Source of the DNA: the human T2T-CHM13v2.0 reference genome, Homo sapiens
Reading direction: 5' to 3' (one strand)
NCBI RefSeq assembly: GCF_009914755.1
Contig: NC_060928.1
Length of the DNA stretch: 64,000 nt
Below the pieces are notes generated by a model, which saw only the letters and a program-made list of their open reading frames with translations, made no database searches and was not told where the DNA came from. Below are positions 44,938 through 58,135 of the stretch, one piece after another (the stretch's first letter is position 1; each line of letters opens with the position of its first letter). A program made the translations under genes and the position numbers.

Positions 44938-45558
44938 GTGATCATGTCACAGGGTATACTCATATTGGGCTTACTGTGATTTAAAACATGCAAATCACTT
45001 TCATCTATGCCATCAGCAAAACAAATTTATTTCAACATACAAACATCTCAAATCACTTGCACACAATTATATTGGAATTATAATAATGATCAATTATTAT
45101 ATAATTATCATTATTACAATTAGAATTATATTTATATTATAATTATATTAATATTTATGTATTAATATTTACAATTATTATTATAGTTCCAATTTAAAAA
45201 GTCTCCATGTTTCCTACAATGGACATCCCTTCACAAGCAAATACCCTCCCTTCTTTACCTTCTATTCACCCCTCAACCCAGGTGACACAAGCCTTCTGAT
45301 CTGAGTAATATGAAGTTACTCTTGCAAATAATGTAATAAGAAAAATGCAATAGTCTCTTTTCAGGCTGAGTCTTGACTTTTATAATGAATTTGACTTTGA
45401 TAGCTATTTCTTCTTCTAGGGTTTCAGACACTATTGGTTCCAACCTCACATCACTTCTCAAAAGCTTCCCTTCTCATTCTAAGCAGTTTCACTTTGAGCT
45501 CTCACTTAAATCTGTCTCCATCATTACCCTGTTTGAAATGCTTCAGTGTTTCTTGAGA

Positions 45559-45690
45559 GCAGTGGTTCTCAACCCAGTTACATATTGCAATAATCTGGGG
45601 AGCTTTTAAAAAATATCTAAGCCCAGACCCCATCCCAGACTAATTGAATCAGAAGTAATAGAGATTGGCCTGAATCTTTAAAACACCAGA
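45559..45690. mobile_element. MER5A-like relic
   Basis: gcagtggttctcaacc...atctggggagcttttaaaaa...cccagaccccatcccaga...tgaatcaga. Confidence 0.75.
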
Positions 45691-45856
45691 GGTAGCCCTT
45701 ATGTTTTTGTCCAGTCTTATCTCTCATCCTTTACCCACTGATGTAGCTATATTAAATGGAGGCCCTCAACACTCACTGTTTTGTCTAGATTATATACCGT
45801 CAGTTAAAGTGTCACATCCTCTGTGAAGCCCTAGACTTACATCTCCAATCTCATTC

Positions 45857-45991
45857 TATTTTTTAATTTTTTTTTAGAGACAGGGTCTCACTATGTTGCC
45901 CAAGTTGGTCTGAAACTCCTGGGCTCAGGTGATTCTCTGCCTCACCCTCCCAAAGTGCTAGAATTACAGGTGTGAGCTACTGCACCCAGCC
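45857..45991 (-). mobile_element. FLAM-C monomer
   Basis: Single arm. Confidence 0.85.
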
Positions 45992-46353
45992 ACTCACCCT
46001 ATTTTCATCTTTTTTTCTTTACTGCGTAATTCCTTTGATTTGATAGGGAGATGGGGTTTAGGTTAACTCAAGCTGGTAGGGCTGCAGGTACACCCAAATC
46101 AACGGCCAAGCAGAGTAGGGTGGGTGGTGTGTAGGGTTTGTGGAGGGGGGTGAGCACTTTCAAACCTTTCAAAATCTTCACATCCATGCACACACATGCA
46201 TATTAATACACATACACCGCCTGTGAACAAAAGCTGGCTCCTCTTTAAACACTTTAAATTGTGAAAAAGGGGAAAAGCACATTAGGGAAAGAGATAAAGG
46301 CTGTAGCAAGATTGCTTTGTAATTAAAGAATCAAGAGAAGGAAGAATGGAGTA

Positions 46354-46529
46354 AGCTGGGCATGGGGTAGCTGATGCCTGTAGTCTTGACTACTCTGGAG
46401 GCTTAGGCAGGAGGATCATTTGACCCCACGAGTTTGAGGCTACAGTGCACTAGGATGGTGCCTGGAAAGAGCTGCTGCATTCCAGCCAGTGCAACATGGT
46501 GAGACTCCTTATCAAAAAAAAAAAAAAAG
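46354..46529 (+). mobile_element. FAM-like fossil Alu monomer
   Basis: Monomer with the FAM-type segment gaggctacagtgcactaggatggtgcctg...gctgctgcattccagcc...caacatggtgagac and poly(A). Confidence 0.7.
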
Positions 46530-46849
46530 AATGGAGTAGATGGGGGCTAATATAATAATGACAGAAAAGAGTTTGCCTTTTAGCAAGCGGCCTAGGATGA
46601 CTGGGATGAGAGAGTTGGGGCAAACATGGGGGAGAACTCATGGGCTTTACCTATCTGGTGGGCCGAGAGGCCTGTGGTCTGACCAGCTGTCTGCAGCTTC
46701 TCATAACCAGTTTGATTCTGAACTAGAATGTTAAGGTTATTGGTCTGTTATTTGTGGTCAACTTCTTTGCAGTTTTGAATATTTCTTGCTTTTCTGATTG
46801 TTTCAAAGGTTGCTATCTTGTGATTTCATTTGCAAATTGTCTTAGTATC

Positions 46850-48010
46850 TGGAAATAGAGCATAATATTGGTTGCCTACCCAACACCCATTTCCTCTTTA
46901 CCCCACAAATAACTCCTCTCCCACACAGCCATGTGCTTAAAAAAAACCTGATTCCACTGCATCTCCTGATCATGATGAATCTTAAGTTGAGAGCAATCTG
47001 TGCATTACAACTGTTACAGGTTTGGGATATGCACATAACCCAAGCAGGCCAAATCAGCCTGGTTAGGGAATAGGTTTCTCTTCTTTGTTTTTTGTTTGTT
47101 TGTTTGTTTCTTTTTGTTTTTGTGTTTTAACTGTTTCTGAAGCATTTATTTTATTTTACTGAGACAAGGCCTCACTCTGTCACCTAGGCTGGAGTGCAGT
47201 GATGCCATCATAGCTCACTGCTGCCTTGAATTCCTGGGCTCAAGTGATCCTCCCACCTTAGTTTTTTGAGTAGATATGACTACAGGCACGCACCACCACA
47301 CTTGGCTAATTTTTTTTTCTTCTTTTTTAGTAGAGACAAGGTGTCACTATGTTGTCTTAACATTGTCTAGGCTGGTCTTGAACTCCTAAGCTCAAGCAAT
47401 TATTTCGCCCCAGTCTCCCAAAGTGCTGGATTACAGCTGTGAGCCACTGTACCTGGCCTCTCTTCTTCTGGACATAAAAATGAATACATGAAGCTGGATG
47501 CAGTAGTATGTACTTGTGATTTCAGCTATTTGGGAGGCCGATGTGGGAGGACTGCTCGAGCTCATTGGTTTGAGAGCAGCCTGGGTAACGTGGCAAGTAG
47601 AAAGAAAAGAAAAAAAGAGGAGAGGGGAGGGGAGTGAAGAGGAGGGGAGGGGAGGGGAGGGAAGGGAACAGAAGGGAAGGGAAGGGAAGGGAAAGGAGGG
47701 GAGGGAAGGGAAGGGAAGGGAAATTTGTAGAGGGAAGGGAAGGGAAGAGAAGGGAAGGAAAAGGGAAAGGGAAGAGACATTTGTAGTTCAATGACTGCTG
47801 GCAGCTAAGAGAAAAACAACATGATAAAGCACTCCTGAGGACAGCAAAGCAGAGGATGCTAAGTCAAGAATTCGAGTATTTGAGTCACTGAATCAGCCAA
47901 CCTTGGATCCAACCCTACCTCTGGACTTCTTGTTATATGAGATAATAGATATTATTGTTCAAGCCACTTCAAGTGAGGATTTCTGTTACCACAGCCAAAA
48001 CATCTTAACA
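46850..48010 (+). mobile_element. Old MLT1 (J/K/L-like) LTR split by an AluJ (about 47083-47458, minus) and an Alu monomer (47492-47600)
   Basis: 3' end cctacctctggacttcttgttatatgagataata...ttcaagccact...tctgttaccacagccaaaacatcttaac. Confidence 0.7.
47598..47775. repeat. Polypurine (GGAAG/GGAGG)n tract
   Basis: About 175 nt of almost pure purines on the plus strand. Confidence 0.95.
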
Positions 48011-48722
48011 TTCATCTAGATGTAAACTGAAAAGATTGATTGCTCTATACTCAAATTAAATTATTATCACCCCATAATTTCTTTAACCTTCTTGAATCTT
48101 GGACACAGTTACCTCTGTCCAATATTTATTCTAGGACTTTACATTCAAATACCACTGAATTGTATAAGTTGGTGCTACCATTTAACTCATAGATGCTCTG
48201 GAAAAGTGAGGGAGAACTAATGTAAGAATGTTTTCCTATTCCTAAGGCTTGGAAGGGAGTCAACATTGATTTTTAACTTATCAATATAGCAAGCAATTGA
48301 GTTATTAGGTTTATTTTATGATTATGATTATTAAAGTAACATACATCTGGGATACCTCCAGAATAGAATCTCTAAATGGTAGGACTGTACAATTTAGAGA
48401 GAGGAAAAACTTATCAGCCAGTGTGTGAATATTTTACTGTTACTGAAAAAATAAAAAGTCCTATTTCCATTCATCCATCATCTAAGGATCCATCAACCTT
48501 GATTTGCAACTCTAGAATATTTTATTGTTCTTAGAGGAAAACAGAATAGTTTTTGTAGCTGTGACTGCTACATCTGCTGGTCCCTGAAAGTTTGATAGAG
48601 CAGCAGGAGGAAATAATCATTTCCCAATGACCTCACGATTGAAAGAAAATGGTAATTTTTTTCTTCAAGGAAATGGTTTTTCAGATAGAGAAGTTAGAAG
48701 GTATGTTTGGTTTGTTTGTTCA

Positions 48723-49030
<308 letters not shown>

Positions 49031-49196
49031 ACTTTTGTTGTTGTTGTTGTTGTTGTTGTTTAATGATGATACAGAAGAGACTAACAATTTGCTTGGTGAT
49101 TTATTGTCCTTGTTGTATTCTTGGCAACAGAAGTCACTGTTAAGGTGGTTTTTAAAACTATCCAAAAGCCTAAAGAACAACTGTAAAAACTGCAAA

Positions 49197-49315
49197 CTGG
49201 CTGGTGGAATGGTTCATGCCTCTAATCCCAACGCTTTGGGAGTCTGAGGCAGGAACATTGCCTGAGTCCAGGAATTCGAAGCTGCGGTGAACTATCATTG
49301 TGCCACTGCACTGCA
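49197..49315 (+). mobile_element. Alu monomer fragment
   Basis: ggttcatgcctctaatcccaacgctttgggag...gccactgcact. Confidence 0.8.
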
Positions 49316-49699
49316 CAACTACAAATTGATCAAATGAATTAACACTTAGGAAAGAGGAAGTTTAAGTGATTCTTTCAATTAGGGAATAATATACTAATAT
49401 ACATATACAGTATTTCACATAATCAGGCTTAGTAGATAAACAATGAACATATACTTTGAATTATTTACACATCTGATTTAAAAGATTAAAGTATTTTAAG
49501 CCTTTAAATTGAAATGAAAGAAGTAAACTCAGAAATTATGGCTTGTGAAATCTCTTTACAAGCTTCCTTTACAGCAAGAGATTTTTGCAATAAGACTAGG
49601 CTGTTCCCAACCTCCTTGCTGTTGGAGAAACTAGTGGATGACTTATCAAGTGTTATACTAAGGAATTAGTCCAAGGATTTGAAGTGTAATTAAACTTCC

Positions 49700-49905
49700 C
49701 CTAGTCACTCTTTATCCAATTAACATTTTCGTTTCTTTAAAGCACTTATCGCTATCTGAAATGTTTTTGTATGTTTGTTGTCTAATTCCATTAGAATGGA
49801 AGCGCCACAAGAGCAACAGCCTCATCTGGCTTATTTGCTTCTATAAAACACCTGATGCCTTTTAGGGGCTTAGTAAATATTTGTTGCGTACCTAAATGGA
49901 TGAAC
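49700..49905 (+). mobile_element. L2 3' end
   Basis: agcacttatcgctatctgaaat...ccattagaatggaagcgccacaagagc...tagtaaatatttgttg. Confidence 0.7.
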
Positions 49906-50091
49906 ATATAAATTTCAGTTAAACATATTTTAATTTACAGAGAAAAAAATAGACTCGCTACAGTAGATCTGAACTAATTCAATTAACTAGGAAAATTTTC
50001 ACTGAAAAATATTGATGATGTGATATTGTCAACAGATAGGCATGTGTATTTAGGAGCTGGCTATAAAAAAGAATGCCAAATATGTACAGAT

Positions 50092-50381
50092 TCCTTCTTT
50101 TTTTTTTTTTTTTTTGAGACAGAGTCTCACTCTGGCACCCAGGCTGGCGTGCAGTGGCTGCAACCTCCACCTCCTGGTTCAAGCAATTGTCGCGCCTCAG
50201 CCTCCCAAGGAGCTGAGATTACAGGTGCCCGCCACCACACCTGGCTAATTTTTGTATTTTTAGTAGAGATGGGGTTTCACCATGTTGGCCAGGCTGGTCT
50301 CAAACTCCTGACCTCAAGTGATCCACCCACCTCAGCCTCCCAAAGTGCTAGAATTACAGGCGTGAGCCACCACACCCAGCC
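50092..50381 (-). mobile_element. AluS
   Basis: Dimer with a short right-arm deletion; cagattccttctt on both flanks. Confidence 0.93.
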
Positions 50382-50716
50382 AGATTCCTTCTTAATAATA
50401 TAAAAATATTTACAGTATGGTTTGGATTACTTTAAACCTTTCTAAACTTAAATTTAAATGTGCCCAGGGTGGAAAGGTATTTACTCATTAAGAAGGACAA
50501 ATGATATATCTAGAATACCTAGAATAAGAGATGTTTGACCCAGCCTGAGACCTGGAACAACAATCACCAAAAGCAATTCTTTTCACTGCCCTAAGTACCT
50601 AACTACCCTTTCACATGAGGCCCCTCAAAATCTCTTAAGACTGTGAAAACTTTCCAAAGTCAGACAGACAAAATGTGGTAGAGTGAATAACTGAAACTTC
50701 AGGTATCTAACTTCAA

Positions 50717-50718
<2 letters not shown>

Positions 50719-50771
<53 letters not shown>
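50719..50771. repeat. (TG)n microsatellite
   Basis: Directly visible. Confidence 0.95.
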
Positions 50772-50773
<2 letters not shown>

Positions 50774-52437
50774 CTGATGTAAGATGCTTTCCAGTAGATC
50801 AGAGTTTGGTAACCTGTCAGGCATAAAAAGTGAGAGACAAAGGCAGGAGTGTAGAAGCCTTTGGAAGGAAGAAATGCTTGACATTTATGAAATCCCCTGC
50901 TTTTCGTGGTTGTCTTAAAATTTTTTTGGTTGATCAAAAAGTGCAGATCACATTAACAAGGGGCCAGATGCTGTCAGACAAATGTCAGCATCAGATAATG
51001 CATATGGATAGCATGCATGACATGACCATCACCATCATGATCACCGTCAAGCTTCTTATTGGAGAAACTGGTAGATGACATATCAAGTGTTATACTAAGG
51101 AATTAATGCAAGGATTTGAAGTGATAAATTTGACACTCAAGAGATCTCATCCTTTAACTGAGTAGCTCATTACTGAGTAGTGATTAGTAAGGGTTTTACA
51201 AGGTAAAAAGTAAAAATGCTGAACTGGTAACTGTATATATTTAATTTAATATTTAATACCAATATTTAATTTAATACCAAATTATTTCTCACCTTAAACA
51301 GTTACAAAAATAATTTCTTTCTAAAGAATCTGCTCTGTAAAATTCTTACTGCAAAATAAAGTGAATGAAAATAAAAATATCTTGAAATCTAGCAAGGTCA
51401 ATTAACATTTGAGAAAAGCTTTGAAATGTGATGTTTAAAAACACACAATTTTTTTTTTTTTTTAGAAATTCAGCCTATCAACATTCATGTCAAAACTTTT
51501 CATCATAGATCAACACCTGTTACAGCTACTGTTTTATTTTTCTCAATGCCAATGAAAAAAGGGATTCGGTAAAAGCCATGAGCCCCAGTTTTGAGATTCT
51601 CATAATTTTTGGCAAGCTCTACTACCATAAAGCCTAAAAGTTTTGTTTGGACTTCTAGCCGGACTGGAAGTATAGACAACTTTGCATATATACACAATGT
51701 TCCTGGTTACCTTTCTGGCCAAAGACAAGATTATTCCTTTCCCAATAAATATTAGTGCTTCCTGCAATACAATCTGCTTTTCCACCTGTTGTTGAAAATA
51801 TTCTGTTTTCTGTCACAGTTGCTGGATTACTATTTACATTTTGATTTCACACAGCTTCTGTGAGTCTTTTATTAGAAGGAAATCAATTCTGTAGCTAGAT
51901 TATAGAAAATATTTGCTTGAATTCTAAACAATCTGATCAGTGGGAGTTAAAGAGAGACCTAAGTGACTCAAAAGAAGGAAATGGAAGATTAAGCATCTGA
52001 GCTATAACTGCTCAAAAGCTCTATTTCTCCCTGGGCTGCTCAGTGGCCTGCAAGACATAAATTGATCTTGGTTCTAGTCATAGAGGGTAGGCAGGTGTTT
52101 TTGGTACCAAATAGTGTCATTTCTCTTTTGTTGTGGCAATTTTAGCAATAAGGCCAAAGAGCAATGGAGCCTACAGGACTAAACTCTTCACTGAAACTGA
52201 CTCAACTCTTCTGGGGAGGGAAACTGGTCCCGTCCTGGATTTAAGCACGCAATTGCTGTGGCACCATCTCTTACAATCATAACACTCAAGAAATACATAT
52301 TAACCTTTAAAAAACCGTTCTTGGGTCTTTGATCTTCACACTTTTCTTTGAACATCATGTTTTCCATAAATATAATTGAGCATGATGAGAAGCTAAATAA
52401 TATAAATACTAAGGTATAACTTCTTATTGGGAAATAA

Positions 52438-52767
<330 letters not shown>

Positions 52768-53049
52768 AGGAAAATATTTTCTATTTTAGCTAAAAACAAA
52801 AGTGTATATTTAGGAAAGAGATGGAATAGACCCCATCTCAGAATTCATATCAATTCTGAGGATAAACAAAGAAGCAAATCCATGGCTGTGTCTACACAAT
52901 TACAAACATTCATTTAAGCATTTAATTACATGAATTCAACTAACAAAGTAAATTGTACTAAAATAAATAAAAGTCCTTTATTTTTCTTTTCAGTCATATA
53001 AGTGATATAAACAGTTGATTAGTTGAGGATATTAAAAAATTCTTAATAT

Positions 53050-53600
53050 CACATTTTGAATTAATAATATTTGTTATACTCTAATTACAAAATAACACCT
53101 GCTTGTTATGGAAAATTTGGAAAATATGAGAAAATCTCAACAAAATTATCCGTAAATCCACCTTTCAGGTATAATTGTTGCTTTTTTAGTGTATGTCTTT
53201 GGACTTTTCTATGCATAAATTATGTGTTTAAACAAAATTGGACTAAAGTTGTATATATTGTTTGCAATTTGTTTTTTCCTGCTCAATATTATGCATGATC
53301 AGTTTTCCTTTATTCTACTACATCTAATCTCTTATGATTGATATATACATTGATGCCAATGTTTTGTTTTTATAAATAAAGCTGAAATAAATGTCTTTGT
53401 ACATAAATTTGTATATCCACTTTAGATTATTTCATTATTTCATATTCATATTTCAAATAGTTGTATTTGAATTGCAAGATAATTATTAAGGCCTTTGGAA
53501 CATTTAGCCTTTTAGAAACTTTGAAATAAATTATACTCTCACAAATAGTGATAAGAAAGCTAGTTTGCCCATGCCCTAACTAACACTGAGAATTATCAAC
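53050..53600 (-). mobile_element. Very old L1M fragment
   Basis: ataaagctgaaataaatgtctttgtacataaa, ttatactctcacaaatagtg; AT-rich antisense L1 signature. Confidence 0.6.
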
Positions 53601-53831
53601 TACCTGTTTTCATATGTAGACGCAACAAAATCTAACAAATGCAGAAGGTAGATAAGTACATGTGTTTCCTTCTAAATTTGTCCAGAGATTCCACAAGTCT
53701 TCCTTTGTGCTCCCATATCATCTGAGTCAAAACTGAGTCTTTGAAAGCAGGGACAAAGGGACAACATTGACATCCTAATTTTGGTCACCATGGTTCATAA
53801 CTTCCTTTGTCTAACTCATTTGTTCCTTGTA

Positions 53832-54198
53832 CAGATGGTGCCCAATTTATGATGGTTCAGTTTAACTTTTCAGCTTTATTATGGTTTGAAAGCAATTGGC
53901 ATTCAGTGGAAACCATACTTTGAGTATCAGTATAGCCATTCTATTTTTCACTTACGGTATAATATGAAATACATTCATGAGATATTTAACATTTTTTATC
54001 ATAAAATTGGCTTTGCGTTAGATGATTTTTTGCCCAACTGTAGACTAAGGTAAGTGTTCTGAGCATATTTAAGGTAAGCTAGGCTAACCTATGATGTTTG
54101 GTACACTAGGTATAATAAATGTACTTTCAACTTATGACATTTTTAACTTAGGATGAGTTTATGGGGACATAACCCCTTCATAAATCAAGAAACATCTG
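53832..54198 (-). mobile_element. MER47A-like (TcMar-Tigger) with TA TSD
   Basis: ta|cagatgg...ttagatgattttttgcccaactgtag...taagtgttctgagcatatttaaggtaagctaggctaa...catctg|ta; cagatg terminal inverted repeats. Confidence 0.85.
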
Positions 54199-54526
54199 TA
54201 CTCTCATGTGTCTTAGCTCGAAGGCTGCTTTTGTTTCAAGTTACTCAATAGTTTACAAAAGTCAGGTCAGCAGCAAAAGAAGTGAGCTGGAACATAGTAT
54301 ATGGGATGGCCCCTTTATTCTTACATAGTCAATGCATTGTTACAGTATATTTGTTCATTTATCCACGAGACTGGAAAGCTGTGATTTGTTCAGTTTTTTT
54401 ATTACAGCAAAATAAGCTTATTTAAAATGAACAAAAACTTACCTTATTTCCCTGCATCGTAAACAAATTAAAAAATAAGAACAAAAATTAGCTTCCTTAG
54501 AAAATTTCAAAGGAATTATAATCTAT

Positions 54527-54753
54527 CAGAGGCATCAACAAATGTTTTTTGTAAAGGGCCAGATAATACATATTTCAGGACTTGCAGGCCATATGATCTT
54601 TGGCAGGATTATTCAGCTCTGCCCTTATAGTGTAAAAAACAGCAATAAATAATATGTAGGCAAATAAGTGTGACCGTATTTCAATAAAACTTTATTTATT
54701 AAAACAGGTGCCTGACTGGGTTTGACCTGCATGCTGTAGTTTGCCAATTCCTG
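54527..54753 (+). mobile_element. MER58A-like hAT relic
   Basis: ttttgtaaagggccagataa...gcaggccatatg...tcaataaaactttattta...gtagtttgccaattcctg. Confidence 0.85.
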
Positions 54754-54774
54754 TTCAATCATACAATTTGATTA

Positions 54775-55096
<322 letters not shown>

Positions 55097-55427
55097 ATGC
55101 ACTGAGAAATGTTTGCATAATTATTCTCCTAAAATGAAATCATTGTTTATATGAAATGAAATCATTTTTACATTAAGATATGATTTCTATTAAACATCTG
55201 ATAATTGAGGGGGATCATATATGAAGACACTAATATTCCAAGAATGGATGATTACTCTTGCAGAAGGGGCATAGGAGGGAAATGTCTATGAGTTCTAAGA
55301 CTAGAGGAAAACAGTTTAGAAGTTGAGGTGCTGAATTTGGAGGAAAGGGAATTAATTAAAGAGACACCAGGGGCTAAATACTTTGGGGCTAGTCTGAGTC
55401 AAGAAAAAAAGATTGAAATTTAAAAAA

Positions 55428-55752
55428 ATCATGCCACTAATTCCAGCTCTTTGGGAGACCGGGGTAGGAGGATTGCTTGAGCCCAGGAATTCAAGACCAG
55501 CCTGGTCAACATGGCAAGATCTTATCTCTACAAAATACAAAATATAAAATATAAAAAATTAGTCGGGTGTAATGGTAAGCACCTGGGGTCCCAGTTCAGC
55601 TACTTGGGTGGCTGAGGTGAGAGGATTGCTTGAGCCTGGGACATTGAGGCTACAGTGAGCCGTGATTGCACCCCTACACTCCAGTCTGGGTGATAAGAGT
55701 GAGACCTGGTCTAAAAAAAAAAACAAAAGAAAAAGAAAAAAAGAAAAAGAAG
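55428..55752 (+). mobile_element. AluJ, slightly 5'-truncated
   Basis: Dimer with J diagnostics. Confidence 0.9.
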
Positions 55753-56311
55753 AAGCTCCTTTTGCTTCACCCAAGTAAAAATACCAAAACTCTGCTATAG
55801 TTCTTTAAAACTTACAAATCTTAGAACAAAGATTACGTGCTGTGGAAAAATAAAGCCCAACTTGACCTCAGTGCAAAGGCACAACTCTGCTAACTAGCAA
55901 CAGACATTGAATAGCAGCAGCCATTCTCATCTTGATCATTGTGTTATTAGTTTTGGCAGATTTGTTGTACCTTATTGCTTATTTTGGAGATTTTTAAAAA
56001 ACATTAGCTATCATGGCTAGTATGTGCAAAATAGCAAAGATGGGATGTAAGTGCTAGAAAGTACTCGCAAGAGGCATAAGGTGATGAGAGAAATGTTCAA
56101 ATGGAAAGTCAGCACCAACATAGATATGGACATGGAGCAATTTCCTGCAGATGTATCATATTGTGTATTGTATACATTTCTGTAGTATCGCTTTGGCTTT
56201 ATGGATAAAACAATGTATGTTATCAGAAGGTAAACCTGTTTAAAAGTTCAGAATAGCTTTTGCATTCTTTTCCTGCATTACACAAGCCTTTCTGCCAAAG
56301 AATTTTGGCCT

Positions 56312-56789
56312 ATATGGCAGATTAATAATGGCCACAAATTCTTTGATACTGCCATGAGAGTTGGGCTGTTCCCTCTCAAATTCTCTGACTTACAGAATAC
56401 ACTGGAAGTGACCCTGTGCTAATTTCTAGGCCCAGGCCTTAAGAGCCCAGCTATTTTTATTTCCTGTGTCGTGTAACAATTTCTCTTGGAACCTTGAGCT
56501 ACCCAGTAAGAAGTCCAACTATCTTGCTAGAGAGAACTACATGGAGTAGGAGAGGGGCCCCACTGAGCCCAGCCTTCCAGTCATCCTGTCAAGGCACCAG
56601 GCATGTAGGTGAATCCATCTTGAACCATCTAGACCAGCTCAGTTATCAACATGTTGAGCAGAAGAATCATCCAGCTAAACCCTGCCCAAATGCCTGACTT
56701 ACAAAACTGTGAGATATAATAAAAGGGTTTTTTTTTAGTCCACTACATTTTGCCATAATTTGTAACACAGATATAGGTAACTTGAACAG
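56312..56789 (+). mobile_element. MLT1 (G/H-like) solo LTR
   Basis: atggccacaaattctttgatact...cagaatacactggaagtgacc...gagcagaagaatcatccagct...ttgtaacacagatataggtaacttgaaca. Confidence 0.8.
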
Positions 56790-57624
56790 CATACATGAAT
56801 GATGAACAGCAGGAGGCATTTACATGCATTTTACAGCAAATAATTACTTTGTGTTTCTCCCTTTTGTTTTTTGTTTACTTTCAATAAAATATAAATCCCC
56901 AGCTTTTGCCACTCTATGCGTAGTCATCTGAAAGTCATGATATTTCACTTTTTAAACTTCATCAAGACATTTCAAAGATTCTTGTTGACTCATAATTGCC
57001 AATTAAAAAGTTACTTTTAAAAAAAAAATGTAAAGGCTGTCACAGAACCAGGGTGAACTGGCAGGCAGATCTTAAAAGTATGCAATGAACTAGACAGCTG
57101 AATTAAGCAATTAATCTTCATAACCAAACCCAACTTAATTTGCCTTGTTCGATGATTTCCACCCTTAGTTTTAAAGCATACCAGGCATTGCTAATAGCTT
57201 CAAGCAATCACAAAATTATCCATAATATTGCAAAAGACCTTTTCTTGCAATCATTCACATTAGAATAAAAATGTAAGGCATGTCAAATAGCAAGAATTTG
57301 GGGGGAGGATAAATTGTAACTTCCATGCATATACAAACTTCTTTAGAATGTAGGCTGAGTATCGTGAGAATGGATAATACTTGTTTATATACTTTCTTCG
57401 TATTCCCATCTGGTATTCTCATGTATGTAATTCTATGGCAACATTTTATTTTCTCAGGTCAGGGCCAGGAAGTCTGTTGAATTCTATGAACATCTGGCTT
57501 ATGATCTCATGAGATACACTAGTTAACTCATGGGAAAATTATTTTTTTAACATGAAGCAAAATAACAGTTTATGGTGACAATCCTTTCTTATAAAAATTT
57601 CTTTTTAATGTAGCCTGGCATGAT

Positions 57625-58135
57625 GCAGGATTTCTCAAAGAGTTCTGCAGGATACCATTCCTCAGAATATTAAATATGTGTTAATTGGATTAAAAGATGC
57701 CTTTGCAAATAAGTTCAGAAAAATTTAGAAAGAAAAATGTTAAACATGTTTCCTTTCTGAAATTTTCTGGGAATCTTGAATGTGCTAAACTCTATGAATC
57801 TCTAAGGGACCCCACAATGTGCAGAATCAAACATTGTTGACTGTGGCATCATTTTTGGAAAGACATTTTGTGGGATGAGTGTAGACTAAAACACACTTTG
57901 GGAAATACTGGCAGAATAGAAAGAGTCTGGAACTGGGAGCCCAAAGGACTTGGTTATAATCCTGATCTGCCACTTACTGCCTGGGTAAGTTATTCTATTA
58001 ATCTCAAGATCATCTTAGATAAAATGAGGATAATACATGCACGAACTATTACCCCACAGAATTTTTATGAGAAATAAATCAGAAATTGTGGGTAAGAGTG
58101 ATTAATCAATGCCTAGCATTCAGCAGGCCCTAGTG
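57625..58135. mobile_element. hAT relic (about 57625-57910) followed by a MIR
   Basis: caggatttctcaaa ... acactttgggaaatactg termini; then gaaagagtctggaactgggag...taatcctgatctgccacttact. Confidence 0.55.

Larger units (their letters stand above)
49622..51123 (+). repeat. Dispersed 65-bp direct repeat (49622-49686 and 51059-51123), 60/65 identical
   Basis: Manual alignment of ttggagaaact(a/g)gt(g/a)gatgac(t/a)tatcaagtgttatactaaggaatta(g/a)t(c/g)caaggatttgaagtg. Confidence 0.92.

Noticed and set aside
49622-49686. 65-bp repeat as a C/D-box snoRNA or miRNA pair
   Set aside because: No canonical RUGAUGA or CUGA boxes, terminal stem or hairpin on either strand
51005-51078. His-rich reading HDHHHHDHRQASYWRNW
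   Set aside because: Short, bounded by stops, and derived from a CAT/CAC low-complexity patch
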